DNA of 64,000 bases, from NCBI GenBank assembly GCA_965223905.1, contig CBDCXV010000001.1, positions 1,088,001 to 1,152,000 of the forward strand. Direction: 5' to 3'. Source of the DNA: Candidatus Latescibacterota bacterium. Its GTDB lineage: Bacteria; Latescibacterota; UBA2968; UBA8231. Below the pieces are notes generated by a model. The model did no database searches. It was not told the DNA's origin and was given only the letters and a program-made list of their open reading frames with translations. Below, one piece after another: positions 10,136 through 18,464 of the stretch. The stretch's first letter is position 1. Each line of letters begins with the position of its first letter. A program made the position numbers and the translations under genes.

Positions 10136-10618
10136 TCAGGTCGGGGGATCGTCGTCGATTCGTCCCATCCCGATGATCTGCTCAGCCTGGATCTCCCGAC
10201 GTCCCGCGTAACCGCCGTCCAACTCGTGCCAGAAGCCGACCTCCGGCTCTCCGCGCTGCCAGCATATGAAGACCCAGCGCCCTTCGAAGACCGTCGGAAA
10301 ATCGATGAGCCCGCGATCGAGTCCGCCCGGCGGGAAGCGCATGCCGCGCCCGAGGATCTCTCGTGACACGACCTCGTTCAGTTCGCGTATGCGCGCCTTG
10401 GCCGAGGCGGTGTACCGGTCGTAGGCGGCGAGATCGGGGTTGGTCTCGGCGGCGAGCCGCTCGCCCCACATCACTTCGAGGATCTCGATCTGCCGGCGGA
10501 TGTCGAAGAGTTCCTGTTTTTTGCCGTCGAGTTGCTCGAAAACCGCGTTCAGGATGGGCAGCGAAGCATTGGCCTCCTCGACGGTAAAAGCCCTGCGTCC
10601 GGGATCGTGAATGGCCAT
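10136..10618 (-). CDS. DUF2203 family protein
   Basis: FTVEEANASLP N-terminus, GLIDFP, and CWQRGEPEVGFWHELDGGYAGRR C-terminus. Confidence 0.85.
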   Translation of the reverse strand: MAIHDPGRRAFTVEEANASLPILNAVFEQLDGKKQELFDIRRQIEILEVMWGERLAAETNPDLAAYDRYTASAKARIRELNEVVSREILGRGMRFPPGGLDRGLIDFPTVFEGRWVFICWQRGEPEVGFWHELDGGYAGRREIQAEQIIGMGRIDDDPPT

Positions 10619-10655
10619 GAGGGAGGGACTAGAGGTTCAGGTTGCGGGGCGCGGG

Positions 10656-10684
10656 AGTATACCGAAGCGGTGGGACCTTTGCAA
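10656..10684 (-). promoter_or_regulatory. Putative sigma70 promoter of the DUF2203 gene
   Basis: Minus strand TTGCAA-N17-TATACT. Confidence 0.65.
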
Positions 10685-10716
10685 TTCAGGGTCGGGCGTG
10701 GGCCCCTGAAACAGGT

Positions 10717-10745
10717 TTGCCCCTCCATGGTCGATACGGCATATT
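10717..10745 (+). promoter_or_regulatory. Putative sigma70 promoter of gatC
   Basis: TTGCCC-N17-CATATT, back-to-back with the DUF2203 promoter. Confidence 0.45.
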
Positions 10746-10788
10746 AGAGCCGGTCCGAAGCGAGGAGGACTGCGAGAGCGAGCGGCAG

Positions 10789-11076
10789 ATGGCGGTAACG
10801 GAAGATGATGTCCGCAGGGTGGCGGACTTGGCGCGGCTGCACCTCTCCGACGAGGAGAAAGCCCTCCTCACCGAAGAGCTCAACAGAATTCTCTCCTACA
10901 TGGAGAAACTCGACGAACTCGACACCCGGGAGGTCGAGCCCACCTCCCATGTCGTCCCTGTCAGCAACCCCTTGCGCGCGGATGAGGCAGAGGCATTCCC
11001 CGACCGCGGCGAGATCCTGGCGCTGGCGCCGGATATCAAGGACGGGTATTTCAGAGTCCCGAAAATTATTGAGTAG
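10789..11076 (+). CDS. gatC: Asp-tRNA(Asn)/Glu-tRNA(Gln) amidotransferase subunit C
   Basis: DVRRVADLARL, ILSYMEKLDELDTREVEPTSH, LRADE and YFRVPKIIE. Confidence 0.95.
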   Translation: MAVTEDDVRRVADLARLHLSDEEKALLTEELNRILSYMEKLDELDTREVEPTSHVVPVSNPLRADEAEAFPDRGEILALAPDIKDGYFRVPKIIE

Positions 11077-11082
11077 GAATCG

Positions 11083-11113
11083 GCGGCGGCAGCGATGTCG
11101 CCGCTTCTTTTTT
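11083..11113 (+). terminator. Intrinsic terminator after gatC
   Basis: GCGGCGGCA-GCGA-TGTCGCCGC stem-loop followed by TTCTTTTTT. Confidence 0.75.
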
Positions 11114-11180
11114 GTGGTGGTCGGCCGATTTGTCGCCGGAAATTACTGGGCGTTGCAGCATTCCCGAAAAGGCATACGCA

Positions 11181-12962
11181 GTGACAGGTGAGTACGGGGG
11201 GCCGAAGTTCGTCGTCGTCGCAGGGGGCGTGATGAGCGGGGTCGGCAAGGGCCTGACTACCGCGTCGATCGGGCGCATTCTCTCCGAGTACGGATACCGC
11301 ACGACAGCGGTCAAGATCGACCCCTACATCAACTACGACGCCGGCACCCTGCGTCCGACCGAGCACGGCGAGGTATGGGTTACCGACGACGGCGGCGAAA
11401 TCGATCAGGACCTCGGCAACTACGAGCGCTTCCTCGGACTCGATCTGCCGCGCCAGAACAACCTGACCACCGGCCAGATCTACCACAGCGTGATCGAGCG
11501 CGAGCGGCGCGGCGACTACCTGGGGCATACGGTGCAGCCGATCCCCCATGTAACCGATGAAATCCAGCGCCGCATTCTCGATGCGGTCGAGGGGTACGAC
11601 ATCGGCCTGATCGAGATCGGGGGCACCGTCGGGGATTACGAGAACGAGCCGTTTCTGTTCGCTACGAAGGCACTCGAGCGCGAAGTCGGCGAGGAGCACT
11701 TCGTGTTCGCCCTCATCACCTACCTGCCGGTTCCTCAGCACGTCGGGGAGATGAAGACCAAGCCAACGCAACAGGCGATTCGCATGCTCAGCGAGCACGG
11801 GATTTTCCCCGACTTCATCATCTGCCGGGCCGAGACCGGACTCGACGACGTGCGCAAGAAAAAGATCCAGGTCGGCGCCAACGTCCCGGCGGAACACATC
11901 ATTTCCGCTCCGGACATGGCGACGATCTACGACATTCCACTGCGGCTCGAGGAAGAGAATCTCGGTGAGAAGCTGCTCGAAAAGCTCCAGCTCGAGCCGC
12001 GCAGGAAACCGGACTGGTCGCATTGGCACCAGCTTCTGCGGCGCAGCAAGGAGCCGCGCGAGACGGTTCGGGTGGCCATGGTCGGCAAGTACGTCGAGAT
12101 CGGAGACTACCAGCTGACCGATTCGTACATCTCGGTCAATCAATCGCTGCTGCACGCCGGCGTCGGGCTCGACGCGCGCGTCGACATCACCTGGGTGGAC
12201 GGCAGGAAGTTCGAGACCGGCGAGATGGAGCTGGAGGAACTCGAGGAGTTCAGCGGCATCATCGTCCCCGGGGCGTTCGGAGAAGGGGGAGCCGAAGGGG
12301 TGATCGCCGCCATCCGTTACGCCCGGGAACAGGACATGCCGTTCCTCGGGCTTTGTTACGGATTGCAGCTGGCCGTGATCGAATACGCGCGCAACGTCGC
12401 CGGTCTCGAGGAGGCGACCTCGGCGGAGTTCGAAGAGAATTCCCCATGGCAGGTCGTCTGCGTTCAGGAGACCCAGAAACAGGTGCTCGAGGAGAGCCGC
12501 TACGGCGCCAGCATGCGGCTGGGGGCGTACGCCGCGGTGCTCAGGAAAAACAGCCGTGTGCTTCAGCTCTACGAAGAGTCGGGGCGCCTGCGGGAAGACC
12601 GGGAGCGCATCGAGCAGCTGCTGGCGATGCCGGACCAGGCCTTCCGCGTCGGCCAGGTCATGCTCGACCGCGACAAGGTCGTTCTCGAACGCCACCGCCA
12701 CCGCTACGAGGTTTCGCCGCGGTTCGTCGAGCTCCTCGAGGAGGAGGGCTTGGTTTTCTCGGGGCACCACCGCAGGGTGGACGGGACCCGGCTGATGGAA
12801 TTCATCGAGCTCCCTGGGCACCGGCTTTTCGTCGCCACCCAGGCTCACCCCGAGTTCAAGTCACGCATGGATAACCCCGCCCCGCTGTTCTCCGGTTTTG
12901 TCGGCGCCGCTCTCGCCTTCCAGCAGGAGCGGCTGTCGAATGCGAAGGCAGTCGCTTTGTAA
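11181..12962 (+). CDS. pyrG: CTP synthase
   Basis: GGVMSGVGKG, KIDPYIN, EIGGTVGD, KTKPTQ, GATase GLCYG, ERHRHRYE and QAHPEF. Confidence 0.95.
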   Translation: MTGEYGGPKFVVVAGGVMSGVGKGLTTASIGRILSEYGYRTTAVKIDPYINYDAGTLRPTEHGEVWVTDDGGEIDQDLGNYERFLGLDLPRQNNLTTGQIYHSVIERERRGDYLGHTVQPIPHVTDEIQRRILDAVEGYDIGLIEIGGTVGDYENEPFLFATKALEREVGEEHFVFALITYLPVPQHVGEMKTKPTQQAIRMLSEHGIFPDFIICRAETGLDDVRKKKIQVGANVPAEHIISAPDMATIYDIPLRLEEENLGEKLLEKLQLEPRRKPDWSHWHQLLRRSKEPRETVRVAMVGKYVEIGDYQLTDSYISVNQSLLHAGVGLDARVDITWVDGRKFETGEMELEELEEFSGIIVPGAFGEGGAEGVIAAIRYAREQDMPFLGLCYGLQLAVIEYARNVAGLEEATSAEFEENSPWQVVCVQETQKQVLEESRYGASMRLGAYAAVLRKNSRVLQLYEESGRLREDRERIEQLLAMPDQAFRVGQVMLDRDKVVLERHRHRYEVSPRFVELLEEEGLVFSGHHRRVDGTRLMEFIELPGHRLFVATQAHPEFKSRMDNPAPLFSGFVGAALAFQQERLSNAKAVAL

Positions 12963-12963
12963 G

Positions 12964-14928
12964 GTGAACCCGCCAGGAAGCGGCGCAGTCGGAACGGCTG
13001 CGACGCTCCCTGGCGGCGTTTTCACGCCCCTCCGCAAGCTGCTCCATTACTCTGTATTCCCGCTCGCCTTCGCCGCTTCGAGCTGCGCGACTCCCGAGAG
13101 TGACTCCCCGGTCCCGACCCCTCCGGAGGCTGACCGGGAGACCTGGGGCGCCTCCCTGCAGCTGCGCGGGCTCGGCGGCGATGCCTCGATCCGGGCCTCC
13201 TACCTGCAGGACTTCAGCGAGCGGCAGACCGCCGCCGCCCGGGACGGCGTCGAGATCGCCTTCTCCGATTCCAGCCGGACGCGGCCCATCTCGCAGTTGA
13301 CAGCCGAACGCCTGATCATCGACTACCGCGCCTCTCGCCTCGCGGTGGGAGGCGACGTGATCGTTCGCGCTGCGGGTGGCGGAGGGGGCGACAGCTTGAG
13401 CCTGCGCGCCGACACCCTGGAATGGGTCCAGGCAGCCGGTGAGCTTAACGTACCCGGAATCGCGTCCCTGACCTCGGCATCGGGGCGGACTCGGGGAAGG
13501 GACGTGGTTGTCAGGTTCGATCTGTCGCGCTGGTCGCTCAGCGACGTCGAAAGCAGGTGGGTGCACCGGCGGCCCTCGGGAGAGGAATTCGAGGTGGCCA
13601 TGTCGGCGGCCAGGGAAATCGGGTCGAGGGGGGAAACAGGTGTCGTCTCGGAGTATGACAAGCCCAGGATACGTTTCGAAGGTCGCCGGTTGCAGAGCGG
13701 CCGCGGGGCGTGGGAAGAGAATCGAGGGCGTCTGCGTCTCAAAGAGGAGGTCGTGTTAAGGGATTCGTTCCGGACCCTGCGCGCCAGCGAGTTCGACATC
13801 GAGTTCGACAGCCGCAACAGCATCGCCCGCGGAGCCGTCGTCGTCGAGCAGGATTCGACCAAGCTGACCGCGGCCGAACTCGCCGACTTCGATGCCGGGG
13901 GGCGCTGGGAAGCGACCGGTCAGCCCCTGGAGCTGCGGGATGGCGCGCGCAGCCTGTCGGCCTCTCACCTGGTTCACCGCCGCGAGGAGGACAGTTTCCT
14001 TGCGACTGGTCGGCCGCGCTTCGCCACGGGAGAAGACACACTTTTCGCCGACAGCCTCGACTTCCGGCGAGCGGACGATCACCTGATTGCGGCGTCGTCG
14101 GTTCGGCTGTCGACGGGTTTCGGCGCCACCGTAACCGCGGCGAGGGCCGACCTCGATCTGTCCCGGGAGCTGATTCTCCTCGAGGGGGAGCCGCGGTTCT
14201 CGCAGGCGAGGGAAAGTTCGCTCGAAGTCGCCGCCGCGAGTATGTCGATCGACCTCGGGGCGCGCATCCTTACCGGAAAGGGCCGGTTTCGCGTCGGCAC
14301 CGACGGCGTGCGCCTGAGCTCCAGCCGCGGCGCTTACGACGCAGGCACCGACACCGCCGTCCTCGGGGGACAGGTCCGGATGGAGGTCCTTGGCCAGAGG
14401 AACGCGGCGACGATGACCTCGGATTCCGTGCGCGTCGCCATCGGCGACATGGGTGTCGGCGCAGTCGAGGTTCCGGCTCCACTGACAGGATCGATCTCGC
14501 CGGACGGCGAGACCGGCAGTTGGCTCGAGGCAGGAAGCGGCATCCTGGAGCTGGAGAGCGGCCGCCTGACGAGGGTGCAACTCGCCGGAGAGGCCGATGT
14601 AACCCATGTCGACGCGGGGTCGCGCGATGCCATCCGTTTCCGCTCCGACAGCATGGTTCTCGATTTCGACTCGACCGCTGTCCTCAGGCAGGTGTCGGCG
14701 CGGGGAAACGCCCTGGTCAGGACGCGCCTGGGAGATCGGAGGGAGAACGGCCTCGCCGGGGGAATCGACAGCAATGAGCCGGATGCCCCCACCCAGGGGG
14801 ACGGCGTCATGAACGAGGTGAGCGGCGAGCAGTTGGAGATCTTTCTCGACAGCACTGGGGCCGTGGCGGAGGTCAGGATCATCGGCAGTGTCGACGGCCG
14901 CTACGCACCTTCTGCGGAGGAGGAGTAA
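12964..14928 (+). CDS. LptC-like plus multi-OstA/LptA beta-jellyroll periplasmic LPS transport protein (predicted lipoprotein)
   Basis: Hydrophobic signal ending AASSC. N-terminal LptC-like segment (GVEIAFSD..SQLTAER..GDVIV..LRADTLEW) followed by repeated OstA-like strands (ARGAVVV, ATGRPRF, ARGNALV). Lies immediately upstream of lptB; start uncertain. Confidence 0.7.
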   Translation: MNPPGSGAVGTAATLPGGVFTPLRKLLHYSVFPLAFAASSCATPESDSPVPTPPEADRETWGASLQLRGLGGDASIRASYLQDFSERQTAAARDGVEIAFSDSSRTRPISQLTAERLIIDYRASRLAVGGDVIVRAAGGGGGDSLSLRADTLEWVQAAGELNVPGIASLTSASGRTRGRDVVVRFDLSRWSLSDVESRWVHRRPSGEEFEVAMSAAREIGSRGETGVVSEYDKPRIRFEGRRLQSGRGAWEENRGRLRLKEEVVLRDSFRTLRASEFDIEFDSRNSIARGAVVVEQDSTKLTAAELADFDAGGRWEATGQPLELRDGARSLSASHLVHRREEDSFLATGRPRFATGEDTLFADSLDFRRADDHLIAASSVRLSTGFGATVTAARADLDLSRELILLEGEPRFSQARESSLEVAAASMSIDLGARILTGKGRFRVGTDGVRLSSSRGAYDAGTDTAVLGGQVRMEVLGQRNAATMTSDSVRVAIGDMGVGAVEVPAPLTGSISPDGETGSWLEAGSGILELESGRLTRVQLAGEADVTHVDAGSRDAIRFRSDSMVLDFDSTAVLRQVSARGNALVRTRLGDRRENGLAGGIDSNEPDAPTQGDGVMNEVSGEQLEIFLDSTGAVAEVRIIGSVDGRYAPSAEEE

Positions 14929-14929
14929 G

Positions 14930-15667
14930 GTGCCGTTGCGCATCGATCATCTGGTGAAACAGTACGGCCGCCGGCGGGTAGTGGACGACGTGAGCCTGCT
15001 CGTCGAAGCGGGTGAGATCGTCGGCCTCCTCGGCCCCAATGGCGCCGGAAAGACGACCACTTTCTACAGCATTGTCGGTTTCGTGCGCCCCGACGGCGGC
15101 TCCATCACTCTCGACGGGGACGACATTACCGATCTGCCGATGTACCGGCGGGCCCGCCGCGGCATCGGCTTCCTGCCTCAGGAAACCTCGATTTTCCGCG
15201 GCCTGACGGTAGCCGACAACATCACCGCGGTGATGCAGGCGCGCGGGGGCTCGGCCGCGGCCAACAAGGATCGCCTCGGTGAGCTTCTGGATGAACTCCA
15301 CCTGACGGCGAGAGCCCATCAGCGCGCTGACACCCTTTCGGGAGGGGAAACGCGGAGGGTGGAGATCGCCCGCGCCCTGGCCACCGATCCGCGCTACATC
15401 CTGCTCGACGAGCCCTTCACCGGTATCGACCCGCGTACCGTCGAGGACATCCAGGCGATCATCGCCGGACTGCGGGACAAGGGCCTGAGCATTCTGATAA
15501 CCGATCACAACGTGCGCGAGACGCTGCGCATCACGAACCGCGCCTACATCATGGTCGACGGGCGTATTCTCGCCTCGGGCTCCGCCCGCGAGCTGACCTC
15601 TCACGTGCAGGTTCGCCGCCGTTACCTTGGGGAACGCTTCGAGATGGACTGGCGAGCGGAAGAGTAA
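14930..15667 (+). CDS. lptB: LPS export ABC transporter ATP-binding protein
   Basis: GLLGPNGAGKTTTFY, LPMYRRARRGIGFLPQE, LSGGETRRVEIARAL and ILITDHNVRETL. Confidence 0.95.
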   Translation: MPLRIDHLVKQYGRRRVVDDVSLLVEAGEIVGLLGPNGAGKTTTFYSIVGFVRPDGGSITLDGDDITDLPMYRRARRGIGFLPQETSIFRGLTVADNITAVMQARGGSAAANKDRLGELLDELHLTARAHQRADTLSGGETRRVEIARALATDPRYILLDEPFTGIDPRTVEDIQAIIAGLRDKGLSILITDHNVRETLRITNRAYIMVDGRILASGSARELTSHVQVRRRYLGERFEMDWRAEE

Positions 15668-15679
15668 CCAGCCTGCAAC

Positions 15680-15695
15680 AGCAAATGCCGTACCC
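15680..15695 (-). promoter_or_regulatory. Inverted sigma54 (-24/-12) site adjacent to the rpoN promoter
   Basis: Minus strand GGGTACGGCATTTGCT versus consensus TGGCACG-N4-TTGCW. Confidence 0.55.
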
Positions 15696-15701
15696 CGCAG
15701 C

Positions 15702-15730
15702 TTGACACTGCCCCGGAGCCCGGATATATT
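15702..15730 (+). promoter_or_regulatory. Sigma70 promoter of rpoN
   Basis: TTGACA-N17-TATATT. Confidence 0.75.
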
Positions 15731-15807
15731 AGCGGGCTAAATGCTCCTAACTCACTTCAGGACTTTCAGTTACCTCGTTATTCCACCCCTGGCGGTCACA
15801 CCGGGAA

Positions 15808-17280
15808 ATGCTTCGTTTTTCGCAAAATCTGAGCCTTCAGCAACGGATGGCTCCCCAGCTCATCCAGTCGCTGCAGCTGTTGCAGATGTCGACGCTCGAG
15901 CTCGAGCTCGAGATTCAGCAACAGATGGAGATCAATCCCCTCCTCGAAGAAACGCTGGATATCGAGGAGGAGACGGATGAGAGTGATAGCGCCGAAGAGG
16001 GCCTGAAAGAGGAAGCGGAGCTGCCCGGAGACTCCGAAGAAGTAGACTTCGACGCACTACTCGAAGATTCCTTCGAGCGGAATTCATACAACAACGAGAC
16101 CAGCGAGTACGATCCCGACTGGGAACAGGACCGCGAGCCGCGGGAGAACCGCATCACGACGATGCCGCCGCTGCTCGATCAGCTGCTTGAGCAGTTGACG
16201 GTCACCGAGCTCGGGGGCCGCGATGTCGAGATCGCCGAGTTCATCATCGGCAACATCGACGACCGCGGGTACCTCACCTGCACGACCGCGGAGATCGCCG
16301 AGGCCATTCAGATACCCGAAGCGGATGTCGAGCGCGTCCTCGAGGTGATCCAGGGTTTCGAGCCGCCCGGAGTCGGCGCCCGGGACCTGCGCGAATGCCT
16401 GCTGATTCAGCTCGAACAGCGCCGCGAAGAAGAGGGCGCAGAAGTTGCCCTGCAAATGGTCCGAGAGCACATGGAGGACCTGAGCAAACGCCGCTTTTCC
16501 CGCATCCTCAAGGCGCTTCTCATATCGAACGACGACCTGAGAACGGCGATGGAACTCGTCGAAAAACTCCACCCGGCGCCGGGGTTCCTCACGGGCAGGA
16601 GCGACTATTCCGGGCTGTTGACCTTCGACACCGACGATCCCTACGTGATCCCCGACCTGATCGTCGAAAAGTCCGGCGGGGACTGGGTCGTCAGTCTCAC
16701 CGACGGCAACCTGCCCTCACTGCGGATCAACAGCTCGTACGCCGGGTTGCTCGGGCTCGGAGACGGCAGGGGCAAGGGCAAGGACGAGGTACGCACCTAC
16801 GTGTCGAGGAAACTGAACGACGCCCGCTGGCTGATAAACGCCATAAATCAGCGGCGCGCGACGATGCTCAAGGTGGCCGAATACATCGTGCGCGCCCAGC
16901 TGCCGTTCTTCGAGGGCGGACCGGGCCATCTCAAGCCGATGGTCCTGCAGGACGCGGCCGACGCAGTGGAGATGCATGTGTCGACCATCAGCCGGGTCAG
17001 CAACGGCAAGTACATGCAAACCCCCCAGGGGGTGTTCGAGCTCAAGTATTTCTTCGACGGAAGGGTGCACCGCGAAGACGGCGAGGACGTGTCGGCGCGC
17101 AGCGTCAAGGAAAAGATCGCGGCCCTGATCGACGAAGAAGACAAGGCCGAACCGTTGAGCGACCAGGAGATCGCCGACAAGCTCGGCGGCGAGGGATTGC
17201 AGATCGCCCGACGGACGGTGGCGAAGTACCGCGATCAACTCAGAATCAATTCGCAGCGCTACCGCAAGAAGGCTTTCTGA
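15808..17280 (+). CDS. rpoN: RNA polymerase sigma-54 factor
   Basis: Region I PQLIQSLQLLQM, GVGARDLRECLLIQ, HVSTISRV and RpoN box ARRTVAKYR. Confidence 0.97.
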   Translation: MLRFSQNLSLQQRMAPQLIQSLQLLQMSTLELELEIQQQMEINPLLEETLDIEEETDESDSAEEGLKEEAELPGDSEEVDFDALLEDSFERNSYNNETSEYDPDWEQDREPRENRITTMPPLLDQLLEQLTVTELGGRDVEIAEFIIGNIDDRGYLTCTTAEIAEAIQIPEADVERVLEVIQGFEPPGVGARDLRECLLIQLEQRREEEGAEVALQMVREHMEDLSKRRFSRILKALLISNDDLRTAMELVEKLHPAPGFLTGRSDYSGLLTFDTDDPYVIPDLIVEKSGGDWVVSLTDGNLPSLRINSSYAGLLGLGDGRGKGKDEVRTYVSRKLNDARWLINAINQRRATMLKVAEYIVRAQLPFFEGGPGHLKPMVLQDAADAVEMHVSTISRVSNGKYMQTPQGVFELKYFFDGRVHREDGEDVSARSVKEKIAALIDEEDKAEPLSDQEIADKLGGEGLQIARRTVAKYRDQLRINSQRYRKKAF

Positions 17281-17308
17281 AGGGACCCCGGCGAATCGCG
17301 ACAGCTGC

Positions 17309-17875
17309 CTAGCCTGAAAGGGCGGCGCGCAGCCGCCGGGCCCGTACCCGAATCGGCCGGCTCGGCCTCGGCACCGGCTCCCTTGCGGGCTCTATCTTCC
17401 ACACGAACACCGCGGGCCCCTCCGCGGTGAAATGCAAGGGCAGCTTGTCGTCGAAATCGGCCTCGTCTTTCAGGGTGTGGACCTGCGTCAATCCGGCACC
17501 GCGCGCGATCGCCTCGTAATCGACTGTTCCCGCCCCGGGCACCGGTTGGTTTCCTGTGACTTCGTAGGTTCCGTTCTCGGTTATCACGAGGGTGTAGTTC
17601 GGAGCCGGCTGTTGCGACAGCGTCACCAGGGTTCCCAGGCACATCAGGGTGCTGCCGTCGCCGTTGAGCGCGATCACGCGGCGCCGGGGCTGGGCGATGG
17701 CCAGTCCGTAGGCGAAGTCCGCGGCGTGCCCCATGGCGCTGTCCACGGAGGCGAAGTCGAGGGGACCGTCGGAAATACCGGCCCAGGGAGAAGCGACGGA
17801 CATGGTAGTCACGACCACGTCCCCGGGACCTCGGCGTTCCGAAAGTTTTTTCAGGCATTCGTACTTGTCGAGCAT
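17309..17875 (-). CDS. TPP-dependent decarboxylase beta subunit (sulfopyruvate/phosphonopyruvate decarboxylase-like, ComE-like)
   Basis: SAMGHA, TPP-binding NGDGSTLM...ENGTYEVTGNQP; stand-alone 188-aa PP domain. Confidence 0.8.
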   Translation of the reverse strand: MLDKYECLKKLSERRGPGDVVVTTMSVASPWAGISDGPLDFASVDSAMGHAADFAYGLAIAQPRRRVIALNGDGSTLMCLGTLVTLSQQPAPNYTLVITENGTYEVTGNQPVPGAGTVDYEAIARGAGLTQVHTLKDEADFDDKLPLHFTAEGPAVFVWKIEPAREPVPRPSRPIRVRARRLRAALSG

Positions 17876-17886
17876 GGTCCGCGGCC

Positions 17887-18384
17887 TTATCCGGTGTCGG
17901 CGCCGAGGAGGACGGCGGCCGGCAAAGAGGTCGACTCGGCCTGGGAGAAAGCGGAGCGCAACCGCGGCTCGACGTCCGAGTCTTCGAACAGGACCGAGTA
18001 GGGGATGTTCCAGGCCTTGAGAGTTGGCTCGAAAAATGTCGCGGCCGTATCGACCCGTTCCGCCCCGGGAGTCATGGTCCGATAGCCCCGGTACCCGAGA
18101 ATCATCACCAGGGGGATCCCCATGTTGTACGCCGTGCCCCGGAAGGCGTCGCCGGTTTCGAGAAAACCGGTGTTCTGGATGGCGACGAGGGGTTTGCGGC
18201 CACCGAGGTAGAGACCGGATGCCAGCGCGAACGCCTCCCCCTCGCGGCTGACGTTGATGACGTCGATCGCCGGCTCTTCCCACAGGGCTTCGAACAACGC
18301 CCGCGATCCGTTGTCCGGCAGGCCGACGACGTGAGTCACTCCGTGGGATTTGATCTGGTTCAGAAGCAGCGCAACGCTGAGCAT
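17887..18384 (-). CDS. TPP-dependent decarboxylase alpha subunit (ComD-like)
   Basis: GVTHVVGLPD, SREGEAFALASGLYLGG, IQNTG and ILGYRG; stand-alone Pyr domain. Confidence 0.8.
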   Translation of the reverse strand: MLSVALLLNQIKSHGVTHVVGLPDNGSRALFEALWEEPAIDVINVSREGEAFALASGLYLGGRKPLVAIQNTGFLETGDAFRGTAYNMGIPLVMILGYRGYRTMTPGAERVDTAATFFEPTLKAWNIPYSVLFEDSDVEPRLRSAFSQAESTSLPAAVLLGADTG

Positions 18385-18464
18385 CTTCCTTCTTTCGCCA
18401 AGTGGGGCCTGCGGCGATGAGACCGGCCGGCCGGCAGCACAAACTACCGGGGCGCCATTCGCCG

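Noticed and set aside
10789-11076. gatC without gatA/gatB
   Set aside because: Dispersed gat genes are common and this is not informative on its own.
15894-15912. GCTCGA tandem repeat in rpoN
   Set aside because: It encodes LELELE in region I and is explained by codon usage.
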